Assembly (NCBI GenBank): GCA_963693365.1
Contig: CAVNZM010000010.1
Coordinates: 7,255,794-7,319,793, forward strand
Source of the DNA: Amoebidium appalachense
Taxonomy: Eukaryota; Protista; Ichthyosporea
DNA: 64,000 bases
Reading direction: 5' to 3'
Shown here one piece after another: positions 63,978-64,000 of this stretch. The position numbers and the translations under genes are program-made. The notes under the pieces were generated by a model, which saw only the letters and a program-made list of their open reading frames with translations, was not told the DNA's origin and did no database searches. How positions within the stretch are numbered: position 1 is the stretch's first letter; each line of letters opens with the position of its first letter.

Positions 63978-64000
63978 GAATGGGGGGAGGGGGGTGGTTG

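Overview
Eukaryotic nuclear DNA that is intron-rich and full of poly-C/poly-G tracts and (CA)n/(GT)n microsatellites. Most ORF-track entries are low-complexity artefacts. An animal-type OPA1 gene with 19 short exons suggests a unicellular holozoan such as an ichthyosporean (inference only). Gene models were rebuilt by hand and all exon phases checked: the 3' part of OPA1 (+, 437-14671); an intronless coiled-coil gene (-); an 8-exon gene whose 317-aa product resembles phage/NCLDV-type OB-fold ssDNA-binding proteins (-, 21695-27806); an intronless RING-H2 E3 ligase (+); a 2-exon 75-aa basic protein (-); a 6-exon protein with four EF-hand-pair-like modules (-); and an F-box/LRR pseudogene (+). 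There are also several MITE-like elements and a decayed DNA transposon with palindromic ends. The last 12.5 kb is a three-block array of a ~450-bp unit with a 189-bp self-complementary core ending AGGG-TTAA, interleaved with duplicated exon/intron fragments of a disrupted gene. All family assignments come from motif recognition by eye; no database searches were run.
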